A stretch of DNA of 64,000 nt from Ligilactobacillus pabuli (GTDB lineage: Bacteria; Bacillota; Bacilli; Lactobacillales; Lactobacillaceae): the NCBI RefSeq assembly GCF_022836475.1, contig NZ_BQXH01000005.1:71699-135698 (forward strand), given 5' to 3'. The translations under genes and the position numbers were made by a program. The notes under the pieces are model-generated. The model had not been told where the DNA came from and made no database searches. It saw only the letters and a list, made by a program, of their open reading frames with translations. Shown here one piece after another: positions 27,296-37,110 of the stretch. Within the stretch, counting starts at the first letter, position 1. Every line of letters starts with the position of its first letter.

Positions 27296-27587
27296 TAACA
27301 AGAAGTTTTAAGGGCGGTGGCTGTCTTATCCCCTGCGAGGTGAGGTCTATGGGAACATGGAATAATCTGCAGAAAGGTTTCACGGTCAGTGAGCGTATTC
27401 GAAGCGCTGTCGCTAATGATTGCTTTTGGCACATTAGTGGCTGTCTTGTCCGACAAAAAGGACAAATAAAAAAGCCGCCCCTCATAAACTTTGGCGAGTT
27501 GAGGGCGACTATGTCTAGTCTCTGATACTAACCACCGTCTTTGAAACGGCTTGTGGGAGCTATGTTGACGCATAGCTCCTTTTCTTT
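27296..27587 (+). ncRNA. Candidate plus-strand RNA (about 290 nt) with own extended -10 promoter and terminator; possible type I toxin mRNA
   Basis: TGTTATAAT at 27281-27289. Terminator GGGAGCTATGttgacgCATAGCTCC plus TTTTCTTT at 27555-27587. Internal direct repeats GTGGCTGTCTTRTCC at 27317 and 27437. Small ORFs: 58 aa (27349-27525, SD AGGTGAGG) and 17-26 aa hydrophobic with KKDK tail (27389 or 27416 to 27469). Confidence 0.4.
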
Positions 27588-27589
27588 AC
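27466..27589 (-). ncRNA. Candidate antisense sRNA (about 120 nt), fully complementary to the 3' end of the plus-strand RNA
   Basis: Minus-strand promoter GTGACT-17-TGcTATAAT (-10 at 27596-27601, -35 at 27619-27624). 5' stem-loop GGAGCTATGcgtcaaCATAGCTCC. Terminator GCCCTCA..TGAGGGGCGGCTTTTTT at 27468-27507. Confidence 0.45.
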
Positions 27590-28200
27590 GCCTAAATTAT
27601 AGCATCGTTTTAGCAAAAAGTCACCTGACAGACGATTACTTAATAGTGGGCTTATTTAGCGCAGCCCCAACACGTACCACATTTCGCTGAATTATCATAA
27701 ATTTTGGCCATAAAAATAATGATCAGACTTAATTACTCGTTCACGGCAACTAGTAAAAGTGGATAAGAACCGTTACAATGTTGATTCCCCACCAACACAG
27801 AATTCATTATCACACTATAGTCGAGTCTGACCATTATCTAATAGAGAATTTGACAAGCCCTTAACCTCTTTTCGCTTAGGTTTAAATGAAACAACCGACT
27901 AATTCATAAAAACAATTTACAAATTATGAGCTGTTCATTCTCTACGCCCTTATTGTAATCGCTTTCCGAAAGAAATACAAGTCAAAGATGTAGCAATTTG
28001 ACCAAATTTATGCGGTTAACTCACGGTACTACTCTCATTTGGTTAAGGACCACTTGAAGTGCTTAGCTTAAGTCTAAAAAACACTCGTCATCAATTGGTC
28101 TAGGTGAAATTTTCATCACTAAAACTATCCCCTCCTAGCTAAAATATGGTATTCTATACTTAGTATTATTAAAAATAGATTAGTTAAAGGAGTGGAACCG

Positions 28201-29640
28201 ATGCGGAAAAGTAAAATCAGCAAAATCTTAATGTCAGTCTTTGCACTACTCTTATTCATGACAGTGGCGCCAAAGGTACACGCAGAAAAAACTTACACGA
28301 TTGGGACGGATGTTACCTATCCGCCATTTGAGTTTGCTAATAAAGACAACAAATACGTCGGAATCGACGTTGATTTGTTAAAGGCAATTGCTAAAGAGGA
28401 AGGTTTCAAAGTTAACATCAAAGCTTTAGGATTCAACGCGGCTGTCCAGTCGCTGCAATCTAACCAAATCGATGGTGTCATTGCTGGGATGTCCATTACG
28501 CCTGAACGTTTGGAAAAGTTTGATTTTTCAGATCCTTACTATAAAACTGGGGTTGTCATGGCCGTGCGTCAGGATAGCAAAATCAAAGGCCTCAGCGATT
28601 TGAAAGGCAAGAAAGTCGCCCTTAAAACTGGGACAGCTGCCGCAGCTTATGCCCAATCTCAACAAAAGAAGTATGGCTTCAAAACCGTGACTTTCGATGA
28701 TTCCGACAATATGTATAACGACGTCGTCAATAAAAACTCAGTCGCCACTTTTGAAGATGTGCCCGTGATGCAATATGCGATCAAGACTGGGACTAAGCTT
28801 AAAATTGTGACCAAACCAGCCGAAAGCGGCAACTATGGTTTTGCAGTCATGAAGGGACAAAATGCTGACTTGCTGAAGAAATTCAACCATGGCTTAAAGG
28901 TCCTCAAGCAAAATGGTGAGTACAAAAAAATCACTGACCGTTACCTTAGTACCGACAAAGTTAACGCCGAGAAAAAGAAAAGCAATGAGCACACCATCGG
29001 CGGACTGCTCCACCAAAACTCTGGCGTACTTTTGAAAGGTTTAGGGCAAACTCTCTACTTAACAGTGGTCGGTATCATTGCCGCCACAGTCTTCGGGGTA
29101 ATTTTTGGTTTGTTGGGTGTCTTACCTAACAAATTCGCCCGGGGCGTTTCCACGACTGTCATTTACATTTTCCGTGGTTTACCGCTGTTAGTCTTAGCAC
29201 TCTTTATTTATAACGGAATCCCAAGTTTGACAGGCACAAAAATTCCAGCCTTTATTGCAGGGACAATTACCTTAATGCTAAATGAAGGTGCCTATACAGC
29301 TGCCTTTGTCAAAGGCGGAATTGAGTCAGTTGATGCTGGACAAATGGAAGCCGCACGCAGTTTGGGACTCCCGTTCGGTAAAGCGATGAGTAAAGTGATC
29401 TTACCTCAGGGGATCAAGATCATGGTACCATCGTTTATCAACCAGTTCATTATTACCTTGAAAGACACCTCGATCCTCTCAATTATTGGGATCCTAGAAT
29501 TAACGCAAACTGGGAAAATCATTATTGCCCGTAACTTGGAAGGCTTCAAGGTCTGGGGAATCGTGGCATTGATGTACCTGATCATCATCACCTTGTTGAC
29601 CTGGTTATCGAAATACGTTGAAAAGAAAATGAACAATTAA
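28201..29640 (+). CDS. Polar amino-acid (glutamine-type) ABC transporter, fused substrate-binding and permease protein (GlnP-like)
   Basis: 479 aa from ATG 28201 (AAAGGAG RBS). Signal peptide, SBP_bac_3-like domain, then a permease with an EAA-like loop. No ATPase gene adjacent. Confidence 0.8.
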   Translation: MRKSKISKILMSVFALLLFMTVAPKVHAEKTYTIGTDVTYPPFEFANKDNKYVGIDVDLLKAIAKEEGFKVNIKALGFNAAVQSLQSNQIDGVIAGMSITPERLEKFDFSDPYYKTGVVMAVRQDSKIKGLSDLKGKKVALKTGTAAAAYAQSQQKKYGFKTVTFDDSDNMYNDVVNKNSVATFEDVPVMQYAIKTGTKLKIVTKPAESGNYGFAVMKGQNADLLKKFNHGLKVLKQNGEYKKITDRYLSTDKVNAEKKKSNEHTIGGLLHQNSGVLLKGLGQTLYLTVVGIIAATVFGVIFGLLGVLPNKFARGVSTTVIYIFRGLPLLVLALFIYNGIPSLTGTKIPAFIAGTITLMLNEGAYTAAFVKGGIESVDAGQMEAARSLGLPFGKAMSKVILPQGIKIMVPSFINQFIITLKDTSILSIIGILELTQTGKIIIARNLEGFKVWGIVALMYLIIITLLTWLSKYVEKKMNN

Positions 29641-29688
29641 GCTTAAGTCCGCTTTTAGCCTTTAAAAGCCAACACTTCAGTTGCCAAA

Positions 29689-29745
29689 AAGCACTAATCA
29701 GTCTAGACGAGCAAGTTGCCACTAGTGCTGATTAGTGCTTTTTAT
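29689..29745 (+). terminator. Rho-independent terminator
   Basis: AAGCACTAATCAG..CTGATTAGTGCTTTTT. Confidence 0.6.
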
Positions 29746-29797
29746 TTACCAGACCAAACAAAAAGTCGGGCCTCTCGCAATGAGTGGCACCGACTTT

Positions 29798-30256
29798 TTA
29801 TTTTTTAGTAATTAGCACGTCACATTGCGCTGCTTTCGGGACATAGGACGCCACCGAACCGGCAACCATCCGCTTAAATAAGCTCATCTCAGTTCCGCCG
29901 ATTACCAAGAGATCATTGTGATACTCCGGTTGAAAGTCGTTTAAAATAACTTTTTTGGGATCACCGAATCTCAGATGCACAAAAACCTGTTCCGGTTTTA
30001 AATGATTTTCTGTTACCAAACGTTCTTTGATCTGCAGCAAGAATTTTTCGTTATCTTCTTCAATATCGACGATTTCTTGCCCATTGATCAACGTCTGGTC
30101 CCCTGCTTTATACTGTAACGAATTCACGTCGATCACCCGTAAAATATCCAGACGGGCATCGTTGCGTTTCGCGGTTGCGACAGCTTTTTGCAACGCTAGC
30201 TCAGCCCCTTCGGACTGATTGACCGCAACCAAAATTCGTTTGTAGTTAAGTGTCAT
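29798..30256 (-). CDS. Universal stress protein UspA family
   Basis: ILVAVNQSEGAE..GGTEMSLFKRMVAGSVASYV motif set. Confidence 0.8.
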   Translation of the reverse strand: MTLNYKRILVAVNQSEGAELALQKAVATAKRNDARLDILRVIDVNSLQYKAGDQTLINGQEIVDIEEDNEKFLLQIKERLVTENHLKPEQVFVHLRFGDPKKVILNDFQPEYHNDLLVIGGTEMSLFKRMVAGSVASYVPKAAQCDVLITKK

Positions 30257-30353
30257 GTTGTCACTCACCCCTGACTAAATAAATCTATGCTTAATATCAT
30301 ACTCTCTTTTGCCGGTGAAAACCATTTCAAACAACATTTTTCCAAAAATAATC

Positions 30354-31274
30354 CTATTTAGCTTCAATTTGGCTCACCATAATTATTAGTGACACCAGCG
30401 TAAGGATGATTCCAGCCCAATTCAGAAAAACATGTCTAAGATCTTCTGATTTCGGACGCTGAGTTCTATACCAATTTTTAAAAACGGGTAACTGACGCCA
30501 TAAAAGGTATAAGCCTAAACCAGCACCCCCGACAAAAACCAGTAAGTTCACAATCGAACTGGCGGTCTTAGGTAAAATTCCTAACAGCCATCCTAGTCCA
30601 TCGCCCAACACCAAGTTATTAAAAGCATGGAGCGTGATTGACCACTTGATTCCATACTTTAAAGCGACATAGCCCAAGACCACTCCCAAAATCAGCGCAA
30701 ATGGGCTTTGCATAATGTTCAAGTGGTACAGACCGAACAAGTATGCCGACAACGCCACGGCCGGCACGGGTCCAAAGGGCTGCATCGTCCGCAAGATAAA
30801 GCCTCGAAAGACTAGTTCCTCGGTGATTGGTGCCAAAAAACCTGCATAGATAAACATCGACCAAGTCTCGCTACCGGCAGTGGCAGCATCAACTTCTGCG
30901 TTGGCAGTTAAATGAAAGCTGTTTAGCAGACTTTCTAAGCCATTAGAATAACCAGTAAAAATCAGTTGTACTAATAAAGTGACCGCAACTAGACCCCCGA
31001 ACGTTCGCCAGTTCATCGGTGCGTCCCCGGGTTTAAAAAAAGTCTGCCGGATCCGTGGCGAACTAGCTGCTAAAATTACTAACAGACCTGCAGCAACGGC
31101 AAAAAAATACGGCGAACCAATCTGTTCGAGCTGATCACCCGAGAGTAACTGAGGCTTCAACAAGACTTCAACGGCCACTGCGACCACAGCGGCAATCTGA
31201 AAGACAATCGTGTAGGTAGCGCTGGTCAACCAAACTTTCTTGATTGTTTGGCGATAAGTTGCAGGTTCTTTCAC
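30354..31274 (-). CDS. CPBP-family intramembrane metalloprotease (CAAX protease / Abi)
   Basis: EELVFRG and FGLYHL motifs in a polytopic protein. Confidence 0.75.
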   Translation of the reverse strand: MKEPATYRQTIKKVWLTSATYTIVFQIAAVVAVAVEVLLKPQLLSGDQLEQIGSPYFFAVAAGLLVILAASSPRIRQTFFKPGDAPMNWRTFGGLVAVTLLVQLIFTGYSNGLESLLNSFHLTANAEVDAATAGSETWSMFIYAGFLAPITEELVFRGFILRTMQPFGPVPAVALSAYLFGLYHLNIMQSPFALILGVVLGYVALKYGIKWSITLHAFNNLVLGDGLGWLLGILPKTASSIVNLLVFVGGAGLGLYLLWRQLPVFKNWYRTQRPKSEDLRHVFLNWAGIILTLVSLIIMVSQIEAK

Positions 31275-31626
31275 TTTAGCTGACTCCTCCTTTGAAAATA
31301 AGTCTATTTGTCTATGGTAACACAGAGTGAAGTGAGACGGGAGAACTCAAGCATTATTGTAGACGGAAACCAGATTAGTGGAAACTCTCGCCTCAAGTAG
31401 CTCAACTACAACTACAATTCAGGATTCGAACACAAGTCTAGCAGACTTATGTAGGTAAATGAAAATGCAAACACTAGTCTGTCAGACTTACGTTCGCAAG
31501 CAACAAAATTAATCTCTACTCGACCCTCACCCAACTATTTTTAGTTCAAAAAAATGACCAGCACTTTGTGGGACTCATTTGTTAACTAAATGAGACGCCC
31601 AAAATACTGGTCGTTAATATTTAATG

Positions 31627-32373
31627 CTATTTTGCTTGTGCTAGTAAATCAACATGCTGAGCATGGAATTGTTTCAGCTGTGCATCGTTCAAGTTTCCTA
31701 ATTCATGCAGTTTGTTTTCAATGGTATCGAAAACTTCGATCCGGTCTGGCAAACTATCAACGAAGTCGTACTGATCACCATCGATCACCAATAGTGGCGA
31801 AGCATCGTAATCACTCATCCATTCGTCGTAGCAGGCCAACAAACGCTGGTAGTAATCAACCAACGATGGATCCTTTTCTACTAACTCATAATCACGGCCG
31901 CGCTTTTCGATCCGCTTGATCATCGTTTCGTATGAAACTTTGATTGTGATCATCAAGTCTGGTGATTTCTTATGGGAAGCAAATGGTAATTCTTCCATCA
32001 TGTTATTCAATAAGCTCTTATAGATGTCATATTCAACCTGAGTGGCGTTACCCATCTCCGTGTTGATTTTCATGAAAATTTCGTCTTCATAAATCGAACG
32101 ATCTAAAATATTGTTGTCCTCACGCATTGCAGCCTTGATCATCGAAAAACGACGATTTAAGAAAAATGTCTGTAATAAATATGCGTAGGGGTTAGTGGCC
32201 TCTTGGTCTCCAGCTGCCCGTTTTTGTGCGGCAATCTCATTTCCTTTATAAAAAATTGGCAAGACAGGATTATCTTGCACTGGTTCGTAATATGCTTTTG
32301 TTCCGAGTTCTGCTGAAAGGATATCCGTTAAACTAGACTTTCCTGACCCGATAATACCAGATAATGTAATCAA
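31627..32373 (-). CDS. Deoxynucleoside kinase (dAK/dGK family)
   Basis: GIIGSGKSS P-loop and dNK fold. Confidence 0.85.
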   Translation of the reverse strand: MITLSGIIGSGKSSLTDILSAELGTKAYYEPVQDNPVLPIFYKGNEIAAQKRAAGDQEATNPYAYLLQTFFLNRRFSMIKAAMREDNNILDRSIYEDEIFMKINTEMGNATQVEYDIYKSLLNNMMEELPFASHKKSPDLMITIKVSYETMIKRIEKRGRDYELVEKDPSLVDYYQRLLACYDEWMSDYDASPLLVIDGDQYDFVDSLPDRIEVFDTIENKLHELGNLNDAQLKQFHAQHVDLLAQAK

Positions 32374-32617
32374 AATGATTGAAGCATCCTTTCCCTAAAT
32401 ATCAAAGACAAGGAGTGCTCCTCGTCTGTTTCCTTCTATTCACCTTAACAATCATACGCGGGTTTAGCCTAAAAATAAAGAGCTAAATCGTGTTCAACTT
32501 GCACGAAAAAGTTACCGGTCTCGCTTTCATTGGCTGTTAACGGTCATTTCTAAAAAAATTACAATTGAGTTACTTAATGAAGAAAGGTAGGCTCTGCAAG
32601 CAATAATTGGGAGTTGA

Positions 32618-32880
32618 CCGTTCTGTGTTCTTAGTCGAGCTACTCAGGGCAAGAGATTCCGCCCATCCAAACCCATGAACCGATGCCGAAAGCGCATCAG
32701 TCCCTGGGTTCCGATGTTGCTCGTCTCTTAACCGCCCTGCTTCGCTCTGTGTTTTCTTAGTCGAGCTACGCGAAACAGAAAGCTCCGCCCATCCAAGCCA
32801 GGCCTTCAATGCCAAAAGCGCATTAAAGGTCTGGCTCCGATAGTGCTCACTTTCTCCCGTTTCACTTCGCTCTGTGTTTT
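32618..32880 (+). repeat. Family A repeats, two tandem copies; the 3' end overlaps the last codons of the MFS gene
   Basis: Copies at about 32630-32754 and 32757-32880. The MFS ORF reads ..AKHRAK* through the repeat tail CGCTCTGTGTTTTG (stop is the complement of 32862-32864). Confidence 0.85.
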
Positions 32881-34247
32881 GCACCCAGCACCGTTGCTAA
32901 ACTAACCAGTGCTAACAGTACTAAGAAACCAAAGTCAAAGCGACTTCCCAGTAGAGTTGCCCGCGACATACTGCCCTGACTTGCCATTTGACGAGCAGAA
33001 ATAATGGCTGATAACACACTAGTTCCAAGTGAGCCAGCATACTGTTGAAAAGTGTTAAACAGTGAATTAATTTCAGCCTTTTGTGCTGGTGGAACCTGGG
33101 TACTTGCGTCCGACATCGAATTACTAAAACCAAAGTTAAAGCCACCACGTAAGAAAATATAAATCAACGTCACAGAAATGACACCCAACACAGGAGTCAA
33201 ACTAAAAAATAACAAACTACCACAAGTCACCAACAAGCTCGAAATTAATAATGGTAAGAAAGCACCATGCTTGTCAAATAATCGTCCAGCCAACGGTGAC
33301 ACTGCTGCCCCAACGAGCGCCCCTGGCAATAAAATAAAGCCCGCCACAAACGCACTCACATGTAAGTAACCCTCAGTAAAGATCGGCAAAACAAATGAAA
33401 TTCCGATATTGACAAACTGCAAGATGAAAAAGTTTAACCAGCGTAAGCCGATTAATGGGTGGAGCAAGAGCTTAAAGTTCAAAATTCGCCGGGCAGAAAA
33501 ATGCAAATGAACGGCTAACAAGCTCACACCAATCACGAAGGCCAGTAAAAACCACCAGAATCGTCGGTCGCCAAAGCCATAGTTGCCTGCTTGAGCGAAA
33601 GCTGTACTTAAACTAAAGAAGGTCACACTCAACAAAATAACGCCCAGCCAGTCAAACTTCTCAGTGGTTGAACTAGCAGCCAAGCGGATGTTTCGTTCGC
33701 CAAGCCAAGCCGTCAGTAACAAGATTGGCAGAACAATGATGAAAATGCCCCGCCACGACCAAAAAGCAACCAAGGTTCCGCCATAGGTCGGTCCTAGTGC
33801 CGGTGCTAGCGAAATCACCATCGCTGCAATTCCCATATAAGTGCCTAGTTTTTCTTGCGGTACTAATGACATCACCAAATGAAACATTAACGGTGTCGAA
33901 AGTCCGGTCGCTACCGCCTGTAGTAACCGTCCTCCCAGCAGAACTGCAAAACTTGGGGCACTCGCACACAACAAGGTTCCCACCAAATTAAAACAGATGG
34001 CCGTCGTAAATAATGTCCGGGCAGCAAACTTTTTAGTTAAAAAGCCTGTCGTTGACATGACCAAAGTGACCATTAACAAATACCCTGAAGTGACCCACTG
34101 CATACTTCCCAAACTCACATGAAATTCTTGGGTCAAAGTTGGAAAAGAGACGTTCAACGACGTTTCAACCAAAATTCCTAAAAATGATAACAACGCTACT
34201 GCGCCGATTGCCAGTTGTGTTTGCCGGCTAACTGTCGTTTCATTCAT
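32862..34247 (-). CDS. MFS transporter, DHA2/EmrB-like (14 TMS)
   Basis: 461 aa polytopic protein with MFS motifs. Confidence 0.85.
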   Translation of the reverse strand: MNETTVSRQTQLAIGAVALLSFLGILVETSLNVSFPTLTQEFHVSLGSMQWVTSGYLLMVTLVMSTTGFLTKKFAARTLFTTAICFNLVGTLLCASAPSFAVLLGGRLLQAVATGLSTPLMFHLVMSLVPQEKLGTYMGIAAMVISLAPALGPTYGGTLVAFWSWRGIFIIVLPILLLTAWLGERNIRLAASSTTEKFDWLGVILLSVTFFSLSTAFAQAGNYGFGDRRFWWFLLAFVIGVSLLAVHLHFSARRILNFKLLLHPLIGLRWLNFFILQFVNIGISFVLPIFTEGYLHVSAFVAGFILLPGALVGAAVSPLAGRLFDKHGAFLPLLISSLLVTCGSLLFFSLTPVLGVISVTLIYIFLRGGFNFGFSNSMSDASTQVPPAQKAEINSLFNTFQQYAGSLGTSVLSAIISARQMASQGSMSRATLLGSRFDFGFLVLLALVSLATVLGAKHRAK

Positions 34248-34355
34248 ATTAATTGACTTCTCCTTTATTACTATCTTATGATGAAACTAAATTTAGTTTC
34301 CCACTTATTTTACTGGTAATTTTAAGTTATTTCTAGCATAGAAAGGATCGATCAC

Positions 34356-35207
34356 ATGCAAATACCAACCATTACCTTACGAGACGGGCTTGAACTACCA
34401 GCCATCGGCTTTGGGACCGCCGGCTTACGTGGGCCTGCCGGAATCACTGCCATTAATTCAGCCATCAATGCGGGCTACCGTTTGCTAGATACTGCCTATA
34501 ATTATGAAAATGAAGGAACTGTCGGCCAAGCTATCAAGAAGGCCCAGTTACCCAGAGAACAGCTCTTCATTTCTTCTAAACTACCAGGGCGCCACCACAA
34601 GTACCACCAGGCCATCACTGCCATTCAAGAATCTTTGTACCGCGCGGGCCTCGACTACTACGACCTCTACCTGATCCACTGGCCCAATCCGCAACGCGCC
34701 GAGTACGTCGAAGCATGGCAAGCATTACTAGACGCCAAACGTTTCGGTCTCGTGCGAGCAGTGGGCGTTTCCAACTTCTTACCTGAACATTTGGAAAAGC
34801 TAGCAACAGAGACCGGCGAGTTACCCGAACTTAACCAGATTGAGCTCCACCCACTTTTCAGCCAACCAGAATTGCGTAGTTATAATGCAGAACACGAAAT
34901 TGTAACTCAGGCTTGGAGTCCGCTCGGCGGTAAAACTCAGGATCTCAGCCAGCCGATTCGCAACTTGCCGTTACTGCAAAGTCTCGCTGACAAATACGGT
35001 AAAAATAGCGGGCAAATTATTTTGCGTTGGGAACATCAACTGGGCGTCCTACCGCTACCACTCTCGCACAATCCCCAGCGTCAAGCTCAAAACCTGGATA
35101 TTTTTGACTTTAAATTAACCACTGCTGAAGTTAAACAAATCTGTGCCTTGGATCAAGAAAATGCCCGTGTTTCTCAGCAAGATCCGCGCACTCATGAAGA
35201 ACTATAA
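34356..35207 (+). CDS. Aldo/keto reductase (2,5-diketo-D-gluconate reductase-like)
   Basis: 283 aa AKR fold. Confidence 0.85.
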   Translation: MQIPTITLRDGLELPAIGFGTAGLRGPAGITAINSAINAGYRLLDTAYNYENEGTVGQAIKKAQLPREQLFISSKLPGRHHKYHQAITAIQESLYRAGLDYYDLYLIHWPNPQRAEYVEAWQALLDAKRFGLVRAVGVSNFLPEHLEKLATETGELPELNQIELHPLFSQPELRSYNAEHEIVTQAWSPLGGKTQDLSQPIRNLPLLQSLADKYGKNSGQIILRWEHQLGVLPLPLSHNPQRQAQNLDIFDFKLTTAEVKQICALDQENARVSQQDPRTHEEL

Positions 35208-35292
35208 ACGTCGTTAAGATAGGCTGGCCCTGTGCTAGGCCTATTTTTTGACGCCAAAAAGGCTCCGTTTCGATAACGGAACCTGGCTAAAT

Positions 35293-36426
35293 TTATTCTC
35301 CCCAGACCTCTTTAGCTGTTGCCACAACCAGGCGGATCTTGTCCCACTGCTGGTCTTCTGTTAGTTTGTTTCCTTCCTCAGTCGAAGCAAAGCCACACTG
35401 CGTGCTTAAAGAAAGATTTTCTAATGGAACTTCCTGTGCTGCTTCTTTAATCCGCGCAATTAATGTTTCAGGTTGTTCTAACTGTGCTTTTTTACTGGTG
35501 ACTAGACCCAAGACAACTTTTTTGCCAGCAGGTACTTCCGCTAGCGGTTCAAAGTCACCGGAACGATCATCATCAAATTCGAGATAAAAAGCATCGACCT
35601 TTTCTTGTGCCAACAAATGGCTGGCAACCGGAGCATAACCACCACTAGCGGCCCAAGTTGAATGGTAGTTTCCACGGCAAACATGGGTACTCAGTCGAAG
35701 ATCAGCAGGCAGATCACTTAAAGCGGCATTATTGACCTGAAGATAAATATCCTGAAGTTCCTCTAGGTCATAGTCGCCATTCGTTTGATTTTCCCAAAAA
35801 TCGTGGTCAACTACCATCCCCCAAGTACAATCATCAATTTTTAAGTCCCGACACCCAGCTTGATATAAGGTAAGGATCAAATCATGGTAGGCCTGACCAA
35901 TATCAGTAATTAACTCTGCTTGATCAGGATAAACTTGTTGCAAAGCTGCTAAATTATCTTCACCACGCAAGAGTTCGGAATAAAATTGTGCAGGTGCAGG
36001 AATACTTTGACGCGCGGTCACTCCTGGCTGGTCGGCTACTAGTTCCTGCAGAAATTTAAAGGCTTGAATATCAGGATGACTTGGTTTAAAGGCAATTTTT
36101 CCAACAACCCGCGCTGAGTCAGCTCGTGTTTCTTCATCATGGAAGAAATATCCGTGTTCCGGACGAGTATGTTCAATCCCAGCAAAGCCCCAGAAAGTAT
36201 CTAAATGCCAGTAACTCCGCCGAAATTCACCATCGGTTACAACCTGCAACCCAGCTGCGATTTCTTGTGCCACTAATTTTTTGATTTCGCTATTCTCGAC
36301 TGCCGTCAATGCTGACTGATCAATTTGGCCTGCCACAAACTTTTCTCGCGCCTCTTTTAACTGTGCTGGACGTAAAAAACTACCGACAATATCATAATGT
36401 AACTTAGTTGCTGTTTGTTCTACCAT
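35293..36426 (-). CDS. Cobalamin-independent methionine synthase family protein (MetE C-terminal-domain-like, YxjG/YxjH type)
   Basis: 377 aa with UROD/MetE-like fold, behind a T-box leader. Confidence 0.75.
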   Translation of the reverse strand: MVEQTATKLHYDIVGSFLRPAQLKEAREKFVAGQIDQSALTAVENSEIKKLVAQEIAAGLQVVTDGEFRRSYWHLDTFWGFAGIEHTRPEHGYFFHDEETRADSARVVGKIAFKPSHPDIQAFKFLQELVADQPGVTARQSIPAPAQFYSELLRGEDNLAALQQVYPDQAELITDIGQAYHDLILTLYQAGCRDLKIDDCTWGMVVDHDFWENQTNGDYDLEELQDIYLQVNNAALSDLPADLRLSTHVCRGNYHSTWAASGGYAPVASHLLAQEKVDAFYLEFDDDRSGDFEPLAEVPAGKKVVLGLVTSKKAQLEQPETLIARIKEAAQEVPLENLSLSTQCGFASTEEGNKLTEDQQWDKIRLVVATAKEVWGE

Positions 36427-36760
36427 TTAAATCTCTCCTTTACTTTTCACCAAACCAAAAACGCCCCACAAAGACAATTTCCATCATCTTTGTGGGGCGT
36501 GTCTTTTACAAATTAAAATTCACGCGGTACCACCCACTTCGCTGTTAGTTTGACTAACAGCCTCATCAGGGACACTAACTGAGCTATCCCCTGCCGCGGT
36601 AACGGGCGGACCCGCAAGTCGCTCACTAGTTTTAGCTCACAACTTGATTGCATTCCAAGACCATCTTCACCGACCTCTTCTTCTCGCTTCCCAGCTCCCG
36701 CGATTCTCTGGTAAGATTTAATCAGTTACTCATCTTTTTTTAGCAAATATTCATTAAGTT
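36427..36760 (-). ncRNA. T-box riboswitch leader (probably Met) with terminator and promoter
   Basis: Promoter TTGACA-17-TATTAT (36768-36796). T-box CGAAGTGGGTGGTACCGCG at 36523-36541. Terminator ACGCCCCACAAAG..CTTTGTGGGGCGTTTTTGG at 36461-36500. 5' end shares AAGATGAGTAACT with the first T-box leader. Confidence 0.8.
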
Positions 36761-36879
36761 GTAAGTAATAATAAAACAGACACTGACCGTTGTCAAGCAT
36801 GACGGTTTAATTTATTTTTGGTGGGCTAACTTTTAGCCAGTCTCGAGCTCTAGAACATACTTCGACTGACTTTGGGTTC

Positions 36880-37040
36880 AGTCTGGCTCCTTCTTCCTCA
36901 ATTTTGGAGCCAGACTGCTTTCGTTTGGACCATCCCTCCTCATTCTTGGGGCCAGACTGCTTTCGTTTGGTCCCTATTTCCTCAATCTTAGGGCCAAACT
37001 CCCAAACTTAAGCTCCCATCCACCAAACCTCCCCAAAACT
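36880..37040. repeat. Perfect 12-bp inverted repeat (CAGTCTGGCTCC..GGAGCCAGACTG) followed by a 42-bp tandem repeat, 2 good copies plus a degenerate one (family C)
   Basis: Units GGAGCCAGACTGCTTTCGTTTGGACCATCCCTCCTCATTCTT at 36905 and 36947. Confidence 0.8.
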
Positions 37041-37110
37041 CTCATTTCTCTGAACACAAAAAGGTCGAGGCCAGTTGTACTACACAACTAGCCCCGGCTT
37101 TTAGTTTCAA

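Noticed and set aside
27295-27573. Minus-strand 92-aa ORF (MRQHSSHKPF..) reading through the antisense sRNA terminator
   Set aside because: Low-complexity sequence. The SD is only 2 nt from the ATG and the ORF runs through a strong terminator. Interpreted as non-coding RNA instead.
31590-31919. Plus-strand 109-aa ORF
   Set aside because: Antisense to the well-supported deoxynucleoside kinase gene.
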